A stretch of DNA of 64,000 nt from an uncultured bacterium (GTDB taxonomy: Bacteria > Patescibacteriota > JABMPQ01 > CAVVCK01). The notes beneath the pieces are model-generated. The model saw only the letters and a list, made by a program, of their open reading frames with translations. It was not told where the DNA came from and did no database searches. The position numbers and the translations under genes were made by a program. Below, piece after piece: positions 53,127-60,941 of this stretch; the stretch's first letter is position 1, and each line of letters starts with the position of its first letter. The stretch is taken from the NCBI GenBank assembly GCA_963746775.1, contig CAVVCK010000001.1:211050-275049 (forward strand), in the 5' to 3' direction.

Positions 53127-53807
53127 CTACATTTTTACACGCACCCCAGGTCCCATAGTAGAGCAGATAGTTACACCTTTAATATATACTCCTTTTGTTC
53201 TCTCTGGTTTAGCTCTATTAGCAGCTTCCATAAAAGCTTCATAATTTTCTTTTAAGGCTTTTTCATCCAAGGATACTTTACCAATCATTTGGTGTAAAAC
53301 ACCAGCTGGATCAGCTTTAAAACTTATTTTCCCAGACTTTAATTCTTTGACTGTTTTAGCCGGATTATCTGAAACAGTTTCTGATTTTGGATTAGGCATT
53401 AGCCCTTTCGTTCCTAATATTTTCCCAAGCTTTCCCAAATACCTCATCATTGAAGGTTCAGCAACAGCTACATCAAAATCAGTTTTTTCAGTTTTCTTAA
53501 TTTCTTCAATTAGACTTTCTCCACCAACAATATCAGCCCCTGCTTCTTTTACTTCTTTTTCTTTAGAACTATCAACAAAAGCAGCTATTCTAATTTTTTT
53601 GCCTGTAGAATGGGGGAGAGTTACTGTTCCTCTTACTTGTTGATCTCCTTTTTCAGAATCAATCCCTAAATTAATATGAACTTCTACTGAAGAATCAAAT
53701 TTAGTATTAGCATTTTCTTTAACAATTTTCAAAGCTTCATCAATAGAGTAGGTCGTACTCTCTATTTTCTCTTTTAATTCTTTGTATCTCTTACTTCTTC
53801 TTCTCAT
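53127..53807 (-). CDS. rplA: 50S ribosomal protein L1
   Basis: 226 aa; conserved L1 N-terminus MRRRSKRYKELKEKIESTTYSIDEALKIVKENANTKFDSSVEVHINLGID. Confidence 0.9.
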   Translation of the reverse strand: MRRRSKRYKELKEKIESTTYSIDEALKIVKENANTKFDSSVEVHINLGIDSEKGDQQVRGTVTLPHSTGKKIRIAAFVDSSKEKEVKEAGADIVGGESLIEEIKKTEKTDFDVAVAEPSMMRYLGKLGKILGTKGLMPNPKSETVSDNPAKTVKELKSGKISFKADPAGVLHQMIGKVSLDEKALKENYEAFMEAANRAKPERTKGVYIKGVTICSTMGPGVRVKM

Positions 53808-53887
53808 TTTTTTATTCCTTTAGTGGTATTAGCGTTCTAATTGACATACTAGAACTCCCACTCATTAATTTAATATTATATTTATTC

Positions 53888-54511
53888 TTAATTCTTAATT
53901 TCCACTCTGGGCAAACTAGTCTTGGATTGGTTAGATTCTAAATTCTTCCCCGGTTGATTCATTATGATAACTGAGATTATATGAATTATCAACACTAAAC
54001 TATCTAATACTATTTCTACTTTAAAAAATAATTCGAGTTGATTTAGTAATGCTCCATAAGGCAGAAGATAAACAACATTTGGCAACCATTTTATATGTTT
54101 AAAATTTTTAAACTCAATAAAATAAGTGTGTATATATGAAAGCGCTTCAATAAATAAAACCAAAAAGGCAAGTTCAAAACTAATGACTCCCCCGTAAGCG
54201 AGCGCAATCAACCAGGGGAGACGCACTCCCCTATCTGTTATCAAATCGTAAAAAGCACCTATTTTTGTCTCTTTACCTAAGTAGCGTGCTAACCTACCAT
54301 CTAGCCCATCAAATAAAAAATCCAAAGCAACAAATATTCCACCAATCACTACCTCCCCTTTTATAAAGTAATAAAATGCTATAACAGCGGATATAATAGA
54401 TAATATGGTTAAGCGGTTAGGAGTTAATTTTAATTTGACAAGCACAACAAAAAAATTTAAAGGAACAATCTTGTCCGTAAATTTTTTGAATTGATTAACT
54501 AGCATAATCAT
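53888..54511 (-). CDS. CDP-alcohol phosphatidyltransferase family protein (head-group transferase)
   Basis: 207 aa multi-TM protein with the D-G-x2-A-R-x8-G-x3-D-x3-D signature: DGLDGRLARYLGKETKIGAFYDLITDR; inserted between rplK and rplA. Confidence 0.7.
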   Translation of the reverse strand: MIMLVNQFKKFTDKIVPLNFFVVLVKLKLTPNRLTILSIISAVIAFYYFIKGEVVIGGIFVALDFLFDGLDGRLARYLGKETKIGAFYDLITDRGVRLPWLIALAYGGVISFELAFLVLFIEALSYIHTYFIEFKNFKHIKWLPNVVYLLPYGALLNQLELFFKVEIVLDSLVLIIHIISVIIMNQPGKNLESNQSKTSLPRVEIKN

Positions 54512-54530
54512 TAAAACACTAGAACGTTAA

Positions 54531-54610
54531 AATCTGCCTCTCCGCCTCCAATGGCAGATGCGCTATTAAAGGCGCATATTGGCAGATTCGCCGTCAGAGG
54601 TGGACAAAAA
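54531..54610 (-). promoter_or_regulatory. GC-rich structured element (hairpins TCTGCC..GGCAGA and ATGCGC..GCGCAT, TGGCAGAT direct repeat) between rplK and the CDP-alcohol phosphatidyltransferase gene
   Basis: Seen in sequence; possible ribosomal-protein (L1-type) autoregulatory leader or other structured RNA. Confidence 0.3.
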
Positions 54611-54627
54611 AATAAATTTTCAATTCA

Positions 54628-55050
54628 TTAACCCTCAACTGTTACTCCCATACTCTTAGCTGTACCAGCAACTATATTAATAGCAGCCTCAATATCTTTA
54701 GCATTCAAATCTTCCATTTTTTTCTCAGCAATTTCTTTTAATTGAGCGTGTGTTATTTTACCAACCTTATTCTTTTGTGGCTCTCCTGACCCTTTTTGTA
54801 AATTAATAGCTTTTTTAATTAGCTCAGCTGCCGGAGGAGTTTTTAAAACAAAATCAAAGCTTCTATCCTCGTAAATATTTATAATTACTGGAATTATATC
54901 TCCCATTTTATCCTTTGTTTTATCATTAAAGGCAGTACAAAATTCCTGGATATTCAACCCATGCTGTCCTAGAGCTGGTCCAACTGGAGGCGCAGGATTA
55001 GCTTTTCCTGCCTGAATTTGTAACTTTACTTGCGTTTTAAGTTTTTTCAT
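54628..55050 (-). CDS. rplK: 50S ribosomal protein L11
   Basis: 140 aa; [33 protein letters not shown] canonical L11 N-domain. Confidence 0.9.
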   Translation of the reverse strand: MKKLKTQVKLQIQAGKANPAPPVGPALGQHGLNIQEFCTAFNDKTKDKMGDIIPVIINIYEDRSFDFVLKTPPAAELIKKAINLQKGSGEPQKNKVGKITHAQLKEIAEKKMEDLNAKDIEAAINIVAGTAKSMGVTVEG

Positions 55051-55106
55051 TTTGTTACTTTATTATAAGATTACTTTAATTTATATATCCACATATTAAT
55101 TATGAC

Positions 55107-55195
55107 TGAAATTGGTTATATGGAAATTTGAAAATGGTAATAGAAAATAGAAATTAGAAATTTGTTAACTATTTTCTAAACAGTTAATTTCTTAA
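55107..55195. repeat. Direct repeat copy A (about 88 bp) immediately upstream of rplK
   Basis: GAAATTGGTTATATGGAAATTTGAAAATGGTAATAGAAAATAGAAATTAGAAATTTGTTAACTATTTTCTAAACAGTTAATTTCTTA matches 56858..57000 with about 5 mismatches. Confidence 0.85.
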
Positions 55196-55196
55196 T

Positions 55197-56243
55197 TTAC
55201 TTACTTCTCTCAACTACGTAATCCAAAACTTCCATAAATATCCCCTTATAATCTGAATCTTCCAGTACATCATCTATATCATCTTTGGCTGATAAAATCA
55301 AATTTTTGGCATAATTTGAAGCTTTTTCAAAAGATTTATATTTTCTCAGAATTTTTATAACTTTTTTAATCTCTAACTCATTTTTAGTACCAGAAGATAA
55401 AATATTTCCCAATATTTCCTTATCAATATCTTTGGCTCTTGAAAAGAAATCGCAAACCAGATAAGTTATTTTTCCTTCAGTAATATCCTCACCTGTTTCT
55501 TTTCCCCACTTGGTACCTGGCTTTAAATTTAAAATATCATCTTGAATCTGAAATGCTATACCCATCTTTTCTGAAATACTTTCAATTTTTTCCAATATTT
55601 TCTTATCAGCTCCAGCTAAAATTGCACCAATTTTCAAGGCTACATTTAGTAAAGCGCTTGTCTTGTAAGCTGCCATTTGCAAATACTCATCATAAGATAT
55701 ATTAAACCTCTTTTCCTTACTCCATAGAATATCCATCCCTTGCCCCAAATGAACTTTAGTCAATTCATTTACTATGACATTATACAAAACTGATTTTTGA
55801 AAATGTGGTAAATTGCTATTTTTAATAATCAGCTGTGGAAAAAAATGAATAAATACTCCGGCATTAATAGCAATTTCTTGGCCATAAATTTTATGCACTG
55901 CTTTGTCTCCCCTTCTCATATCCGAATTATCTTCTATGTCATCAATTATTAATGTGCCTGTATGAATTATTTCTGAAATTACAGAAAATTTATAAATATC
56001 TTTAAAGCTACCACCTAAGGCATCATGTATTAGACAACATAAGACTGGTCTCATTCTTTTGCCGCCTCTATTAAATAATGTATAGAAAGGTCCGCTAAAA
56101 GCTTTTTGCCAAACATTATAATCAAACTTATATTTAAAATTTCCTATATTTTCCTTAACCCATTTGTTATCTATACTTTCTGGAAAAAATTCTTTGATTT
56201 CTTTTTCAATTTCTAGAATTGTTTTTTTAAAATAATCTTTCAT
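55197..56243 (-). CDS. Polyprenyl diphosphate synthase (geranylgeranyl diphosphate synthase-like)
   Basis: 348 aa; FARM LIIDDIEDNSDMRRG and SARM FQIQDDILN aspartate-rich motifs; small residue at -5 of FARM consistent with a C20 or longer product. Confidence 0.75.
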   Translation of the reverse strand: MKDYFKKTILEIEKEIKEFFPESIDNKWVKENIGNFKYKFDYNVWQKAFSGPFYTLFNRGGKRMRPVLCCLIHDALGGSFKDIYKFSVISEIIHTGTLIIDDIEDNSDMRRGDKAVHKIYGQEIAINAGVFIHFFPQLIIKNSNLPHFQKSVLYNVIVNELTKVHLGQGMDILWSKEKRFNISYDEYLQMAAYKTSALLNVALKIGAILAGADKKILEKIESISEKMGIAFQIQDDILNLKPGTKWGKETGEDITEGKITYLVCDFFSRAKDIDKEILGNILSSGTKNELEIKKVIKILRKYKSFEKASNYAKNLILSAKDDIDDVLEDSDYKGIFMEVLDYVVERSK

Positions 56244-56284
56244 TATTTTACTACTAACTACTCACTAAACCCTATTTTCTAAAC

Positions 56285-56827
56285 TCACCACTTCGTCTTC
56301 TGAATCCCCAAATAATACCCGATATGATTAGTCAAAACATGTAAAGCAGGAACAAATAATATTAAAAATATATAAACTTGCCAAGATGGCCTAAAAACAA
56401 TTGAGGTCAGAACTAGAAAACCCAGAACAAAATCTACTTGATCAAAAGGGAAAAATCTTTTACCCGGCACAACATTTACTCGCCTTTTAAAGAAACTTTT
56501 AATCAAATCCCCTGACAACGCTCCAAAACCCATTAAAAATCCCAGCAAAAAAAAGTTATGTCCACTATAGGGCACTATTGATATCTTTCTAAAATTTTCA
56601 AAATTATTATAAAGAACAGTTTGAATCAGAACTATTAAAATACTTGTCAATGTTCCAAAAATAATTCCTCGCCAAGTTTTGTTTCTTCCTAATAAAGGCT
56701 TACCTCTAAAGATCATCCCACCATCAACCGGAATATCTAAAAATTTAAAATATTGCCTCATAAAAACAGGCATCATATTAGCAATGCCAGCCGGAAGAAA
56801 AAACCATAAATACTCTAATATAAACAT
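56285..56827 (-). CDS. CDP-archaeol synthase (CarS)-like CTP:2,3-di-O-geranylgeranylglyceryl-phosphate cytidylyltransferase homolog
   Basis: 180 aa, 5 predicted TM segments; remembered CarS-family signatures LPAGIANMMPVF, GRNKTWRGIIFGTL, GFGALSGDLIKSFFKRR and FDQVDFVLGFL; adjacent to a GGPP-synthase-like gene. Confidence 0.6.
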   Translation of the reverse strand: MFILEYLWFFLPAGIANMMPVFMRQYFKFLDIPVDGGMIFRGKPLLGRNKTWRGIIFGTLTSILIVLIQTVLYNNFENFRKISIVPYSGHNFFLLGFLMGFGALSGDLIKSFFKRRVNVVPGKRFFPFDQVDFVLGFLVLTSIVFRPSWQVYIFLILFVPALHVLTNHIGYYLGIQKTKW

Positions 56828-56857
56828 ATTTGATAATAATAATTCTTAAACCAAAAT

Positions 56858-57000
56858 CGAAATTGGTTATATAGAAATTCGAAGATGGTAATAGAAAATA
56901 GAAATTAGAAATTGGTTAACTATTTTCTAGTTTCCAATTTCCATTACTTCTACGAAGCTCGTAGGGCTAATATCTATTTTCTAAACAGCCAATTTCTTTA
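56858..57000. repeat. Direct repeat copy B upstream of the CarS-like gene (same as 55107..55195) carrying a 45-bp internal insert flanked by 9-bp direct repeat TATTTTCTA
   Basis: Seen in sequence; insert contains palindrome CTACGAAGCTCGTAG. Confidence 0.85.
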
Positions 57001-57009
57001 TCAATATAT

Positions 57010-57555
57010 TTATATCTTTTTTATCTGTAAGAAATCTAATTCTACCGGAGTCTCTCTGCCAAACATAGAAACTAATACCTTTATTTTTCCTTTTTCCTCA
57101 TCAATAGCACTAATTTTACCATCAAAATCTTTAAACGGCCCATCAATAATTCTAACAGATTCTCCCGGTGTAACATCAATTTTATATTTAGGTTCTTCTT
57201 CACCAGTTTTCTTTTGTAATGATTTAAATTCATCAGCCGATACCGGAGATGGAATTGTACCCGAACCAATAAAACCAGTTACATTGGGTGTATTGCGAAC
57301 AACATACCAAGATTCATCAGTTACAATCATTTCCACTAAAACATACCCGGGATAAATTTTTTCCTCGACTGTTTTTCTTTTACCGTTTTTAATTTTAATT
57401 TTCTTCTCTTTAGGAACTAAAACATTAAAAATTTTATCTTCCATTCCAAGTGTTTCAATACGCTGTTTTAAATTTTTACATACATTCTCTTCGTAACCAG
57501 AATAAGTATGTAGCACATACCAGTTACGTTCTTTTTCTCCAATTTGTTTAGGCAT
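57010..57555 (-). CDS. nusG: Transcription termination/antitermination factor NusG
   Basis: 181 aa; NGN domain NWYVLHTYSGYEENV, C-terminal KOW (..GPFKDFDGKISAIDEEKGKIKVLVSMFGRETPVELDF). Confidence 0.9.
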   Translation of the reverse strand: MPKQIGEKERNWYVLHTYSGYEENVCKNLKQRIETLGMEDKIFNVLVPKEKKIKIKNGKRKTVEEKIYPGYVLVEMIVTDESWYVVRNTPNVTGFIGSGTIPSPVSADEFKSLQKKTGEEEPKYKIDVTPGESVRIIDGPFKDFDGKISAIDEEKGKIKVLVSMFGRETPVELDFLQIKKI

Positions 57556-57747
57556 AATATGTTTAATTTAAATGAGTTTTTTTAAATTATAAACTTTATT
57601 ATTAATTAATTTACTCATACTTTAAATTTTATCAAAATTACCAATTTCCAAAATACAATTTCCAAACAAAATCTAAATTATAAATACCAAATTCCAAAAA
57701 ATATTAAAACCATAACTCTTAATTCATGATTCATAATTCTAGATTCT

Positions 57748-57936
57748 CTAAATAACTTTTTCCAACACTGTTAAAAAAGCAAAATCAAATATTCCTAAAA
57801 ATAAAGCTACTCCTAAACTTACACCAATTACAATTAAAGTATGTTTATATACTTCATCCTTTGATGGCCAAATAACTTTTTTTAATTCTACTTTTGATTC
57901 TTTGAAATAAGCAATAATTTTATTTATCCATTTCAT
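57748..57936 (-). CDS. secE: Preprotein translocase subunit SecE
   Basis: 62 aa, single C-terminal TM, conserved position upstream of nusG, KESKVELKKVIWPSKDEV motif. Confidence 0.7.
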   Translation of the reverse strand: MKWINKIIAYFKESKVELKKVIWPSKDEVYKHTLIVIGVSLGVALFLGIFDFAFLTVLEKVI

Positions 57937-57953
57937 TTTTTTCTATTTTAAAA

Positions 57954-58007
57954 AGACCTTTTGGGGGTCTTTTTTTATTATTAATAGCTTATCACTATCC
58001 CCCAAAA
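57954..58007 (-). promoter_or_regulatory. Terminator-like hairpin AGACC-TTTTGGG-GGTCT + T-run immediately upstream of secE, with upstream TTTTGGGGG able to pair alternatively with CCCCCAAAA (attenuator-like)
   Basis: Seen in sequence: G5/C5 runs at 57963-57967 and 57999-58003 in an AT-rich region. Confidence 0.35.
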
Positions 58008-58266
58008 TGTCAAATAATTTTAATTTAATTTTTAAATAACATTTAATATTTAATCACCAATAATCAATTTTCAATCATCAAATAAATTTGAATAACCAAT
58101 TATTTAATAACCAAATTTTTTACAGTTTTGTTTGATGTCTATTTTATTCTTTTATTTGATTATTATTTGGAAATTGTTCTCCTCTTTCGACGAATCCGCC
58201 GTTGGAGGTGGATAATTTGGTTATTGATTATTATTTGTATCTTTAACTATTCTATATAAAACTTAA

Positions 58267-60213
58267 TTAAATATCCAAATTCTTCACTAGCTTGGCATTC
58301 GTTTGAATAAACCTTCTCCTGGGCTCTACCTCATTACCCATTAAAATATCAAATATTTCATCAGCTTTAGCCGCATCTTCAACATTTACTTTATACATCA
58401 TTCTGTTTGCAGGATCCATAGTGGTATCCCAAAGCTGCCTAGGATTCATTTCACCAAGACCCTTGTATCTTTGAATAACTACATTTTTACCTTTCATATT
58501 ACTTATTATTTCATTTTTATCTTCTTCCGTATAAGCATATTCTGATTCTTTGCCGGCTGAAATTTTATATAAAGGTGGCTGTGCAATATATAAATATCCT
58601 CCTGCTATTACTTCCGGGAAATATCGATAGAAAAATGTTAAAAGCAATGTCCTAATATGAGCTCCATCAACATCAGCATCAGTCATAATAATAATTCGGT
58701 GATAACGCAGTTTGCTTATATCTTTTCCTTCACCTACTCCAATACCCAAAGCAATTATTAAGGCTTTAATTTCTTTTGAGGTTAAAATTTTATCTAAACG
58801 CGCTCTTTCTACATTTAATATTTTACCACGCAAAGGCAGTATCGCTTGAAAACCTCTATCTCTTCCTTGTTTAGCAGAACCACCAGCCGAATCTCCCTCT
58901 ACTATATATAGCTCACAATCCTCAGCCTTGCGAGACGAACAATCAGCTAATTTTCCAGGAAGAGTTAAACCTTCCATCGCCCCTTTTCTAATTACGGTGT
59001 CTTTAGCAGCCTTAGCTGCTTTACGAGCCTTACAGGCTAATAGGCATTTACCAATAATTTGTTTAGCATCTTGAGGATGCTCTTCTAAAAAATTAGACAC
59101 GGCACCAGCTACTACCGAGCTTACTACTCCTCTTACCTCAGCATTGCCAAGCTTAGCTTTAGTCTGTCCTTCGAATTGCGGCTCTCTTAATTTTATAGAA
59201 ATAATAGATTGCAATCCTTCTCTAATATCTTCGCCTGTTAGATTCTCTTCTTTTTCTTTTATATAATTATTTTTTCTGGCATAATCATTTATCACCCTAG
59301 TCAAAGCTGTTCTAAAACCCATCAAATGCGTTCCGCCTTCTATCGTATGGATATTATTAGCAAAACTCATTTCAATTCCTTTAATTTCATCAGTATATTG
59401 AAAAGCCGCTTCTACAAAAATACCATCTTCTTCTTTTTCTACATAAAATGGCACCTCGTGAATTAACTTTTCACCGCGATTTAAATAATTTAAATAAGAT
59501 ACTATTCCACCTTCAAAATAAAAACTATATTTAGGAGCTAACTCCCTAGGTAATTCACGCTCATCTGTAATGGTAATTTTAACTCCTCGAGTAAGATAGG
59601 CTTGCTGACGTAAGTGCGTTAAAATCTTATCCCAGCTAAATTCAATTTCTTTAAATATTTCCGAGTCAGGTTTAAATATTATAGTCGTACCTGTCCCACT
59701 AGCTTTACCATTCTTTCCTAATTTACAAGTAGGCTTGCCTCTTTTATATTCTTGAAAATAAATATTTCCATCACGTATTACTTCCGCTCTGGCATAAACT
59801 GATAAAGCATTAACCACACTGACACCAACACCATGCAAACCACCAGAAACTTTATATCCAGATGATCCAAATTTACCACCAGCATGCAAAGTAGTTAGCA
59901 CAGTCTCTAGGGCTGATTTTCCTGTATCTTTATGTTTTTCTATTGGAATACCACGACCATTATCATCAACTCTCACCGTATTATCTTTCATTAAAAAAAC
60001 TTTGATTTCATTACAAAAACCAGCCATAGCTTCATCAATTGAATTATCAACTACTTCCCAAATCAAATGATGAAGACCCTCAAGGCTAGTTCCACCAATA
60101 TACATACCGGGACGTATGCGAACTGGATCTAACCCTTTTAAAACAGTTATATCTTTAGCACCATAATCATTAGTTTTTTTAGAAGTCTCTAATTTATTTT
60201 TAGCTTTAGTCAT
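58267..60213 (-). CDS. gyrB: DNA gyrase subunit B
   Basis: 648 aa; GHKL ATPase N-domain, TOPRIM (EGDSAGG), C-terminal tail; canonical GyrB motifs throughout. Confidence 0.95.
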   Translation of the reverse strand: MTKAKNKLETSKKTNDYGAKDITVLKGLDPVRIRPGMYIGGTSLEGLHHLIWEVVDNSIDEAMAGFCNEIKVFLMKDNTVRVDDNGRGIPIEKHKDTGKSALETVLTTLHAGGKFGSSGYKVSGGLHGVGVSVVNALSVYARAEVIRDGNIYFQEYKRGKPTCKLGKNGKASGTGTTIIFKPDSEIFKEIEFSWDKILTHLRQQAYLTRGVKITITDERELPRELAPKYSFYFEGGIVSYLNYLNRGEKLIHEVPFYVEKEEDGIFVEAAFQYTDEIKGIEMSFANNIHTIEGGTHLMGFRTALTRVINDYARKNNYIKEKEENLTGEDIREGLQSIISIKLREPQFEGQTKAKLGNAEVRGVVSSVVAGAVSNFLEEHPQDAKQIIGKCLLACKARKAAKAAKDTVIRKGAMEGLTLPGKLADCSSRKAEDCELYIVEGDSAGGSAKQGRDRGFQAILPLRGKILNVERARLDKILTSKEIKALIIALGIGVGEGKDISKLRYHRIIIMTDADVDGAHIRTLLLTFFYRYFPEVIAGGYLYIAQPPLYKISAGKESEYAYTEEDKNEIISNMKGKNVVIQRYKGLGEMNPRQLWDTTMDPANRMMYKVNVEDAAKADEIFDILMGNEVEPRRRFIQTNAKLVKNLDI

Positions 60214-60361
60214 ATAGACTTAATTTTTAATATAAAATCAATAAATATTTAAAACAACCCCGTTAAGGATCTTATTACTAGATTATCATTTTTTTATTTT
60301 AAAAACAAGTAGAAAATATCTAAAAGAGTATTCATTTGCCTAAATTTAGCCAAATATGAAC

Positions 60362-60856
60362 TTAGAGAATTATGGCTATTATAAAAATAATAATCATTAA
60401 TAAAATAATAACTAATTTTACAATATTACCGCTTAAAAACCCCATTAAAGCCCCACTACCAGATTTTAATGATTCTTTAATATCTTTTCCCTGTATTAAT
60501 TCACCAAAAACAATTCCTAAGAAAAAACCGATTATAAATCCTAAAATAGAAGATATGAAAATACCAATTATTCCGCCAACCATTCCATATATAAGCCCCC
60601 AATAAGAGACACCAAATTTACGAGCCCCAATTATAGTGGCTAGATAATCGATAATCACTACCACTAAAGCTAATCCAACTAATAAAAAATAAGTCCAAAA
60701 GCCAACCTTTTCAAACCCATCATAAATTCCATAAACAAAAAAAGCTAAAATTATAAAAAAGACATCAGGAATAAAGGGTATAAAAATTCCAACAATACCT
60801 GTGATTACTAAAGCTATAACAATAATAAAAACTAAAATTGTAAGTACTAATTCCAT
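60362..60856 (-). CDS. DUF456-like small polytopic membrane protein
   Basis: 164 aa, 4-5 TM helices, Gly-rich segments. Confidence 0.5.
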   Translation of the reverse strand: MELVLTILVFIIVIALVITGIVGIFIPFIPDVFFIILAFFVYGIYDGFEKVGFWTYFLLVGLALVVVIIDYLATIIGARKFGVSYWGLIYGMVGGIIGIFISSILGFIIGFFLGIVFGELIQGKDIKESLKSGSGALMGFLSGNIVKLVIILLMIIIFIIAIIL

Positions 60857-60941
60857 GATCTAAACTTAAAGCAGGACTAAAATCCTGCTTTTGTATTTTA
60901 TAATCTGTTATTTTGTTCTTGTGTTATATTGTTATTTTGAC

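Noticed and set aside
57556-57747. Possible repeat element between nusG and secE (CCAATTTCCAAA-like reiterations)
   Set aside because: Simple AT-rich low-complexity sequence without defined unit boundaries or structure. Likely just spacer.
58190-58215. oriC-like DnaA box cluster near gyrB
   Set aside because: Only a single near-match (TTATCCACC as reverse complement GGTGGATAA) and no dnaA/dnaN nearby. That is insufficient for an origin call.
57937-58266. Searched the 330-bp secE upstream spacer for tRNA-Trp or rpmG (L33), which commonly precede secE
   Set aside because: No 7-bp acceptor stem or GTTCRANYC T-loop pattern was found. No small ORF with an L33-like sequence was found on the minus strand by manual translation.
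60876-60905. Hairpin AAGCAGGA-N6-TCCTGCTT between pheT and the DUF456 gene as a terminator
   Set aside because: The T-run is on the plus strand, where no gene ends. On the minus strand the hairpin is not followed by a U-tract. It was left unannotated as a terminator.
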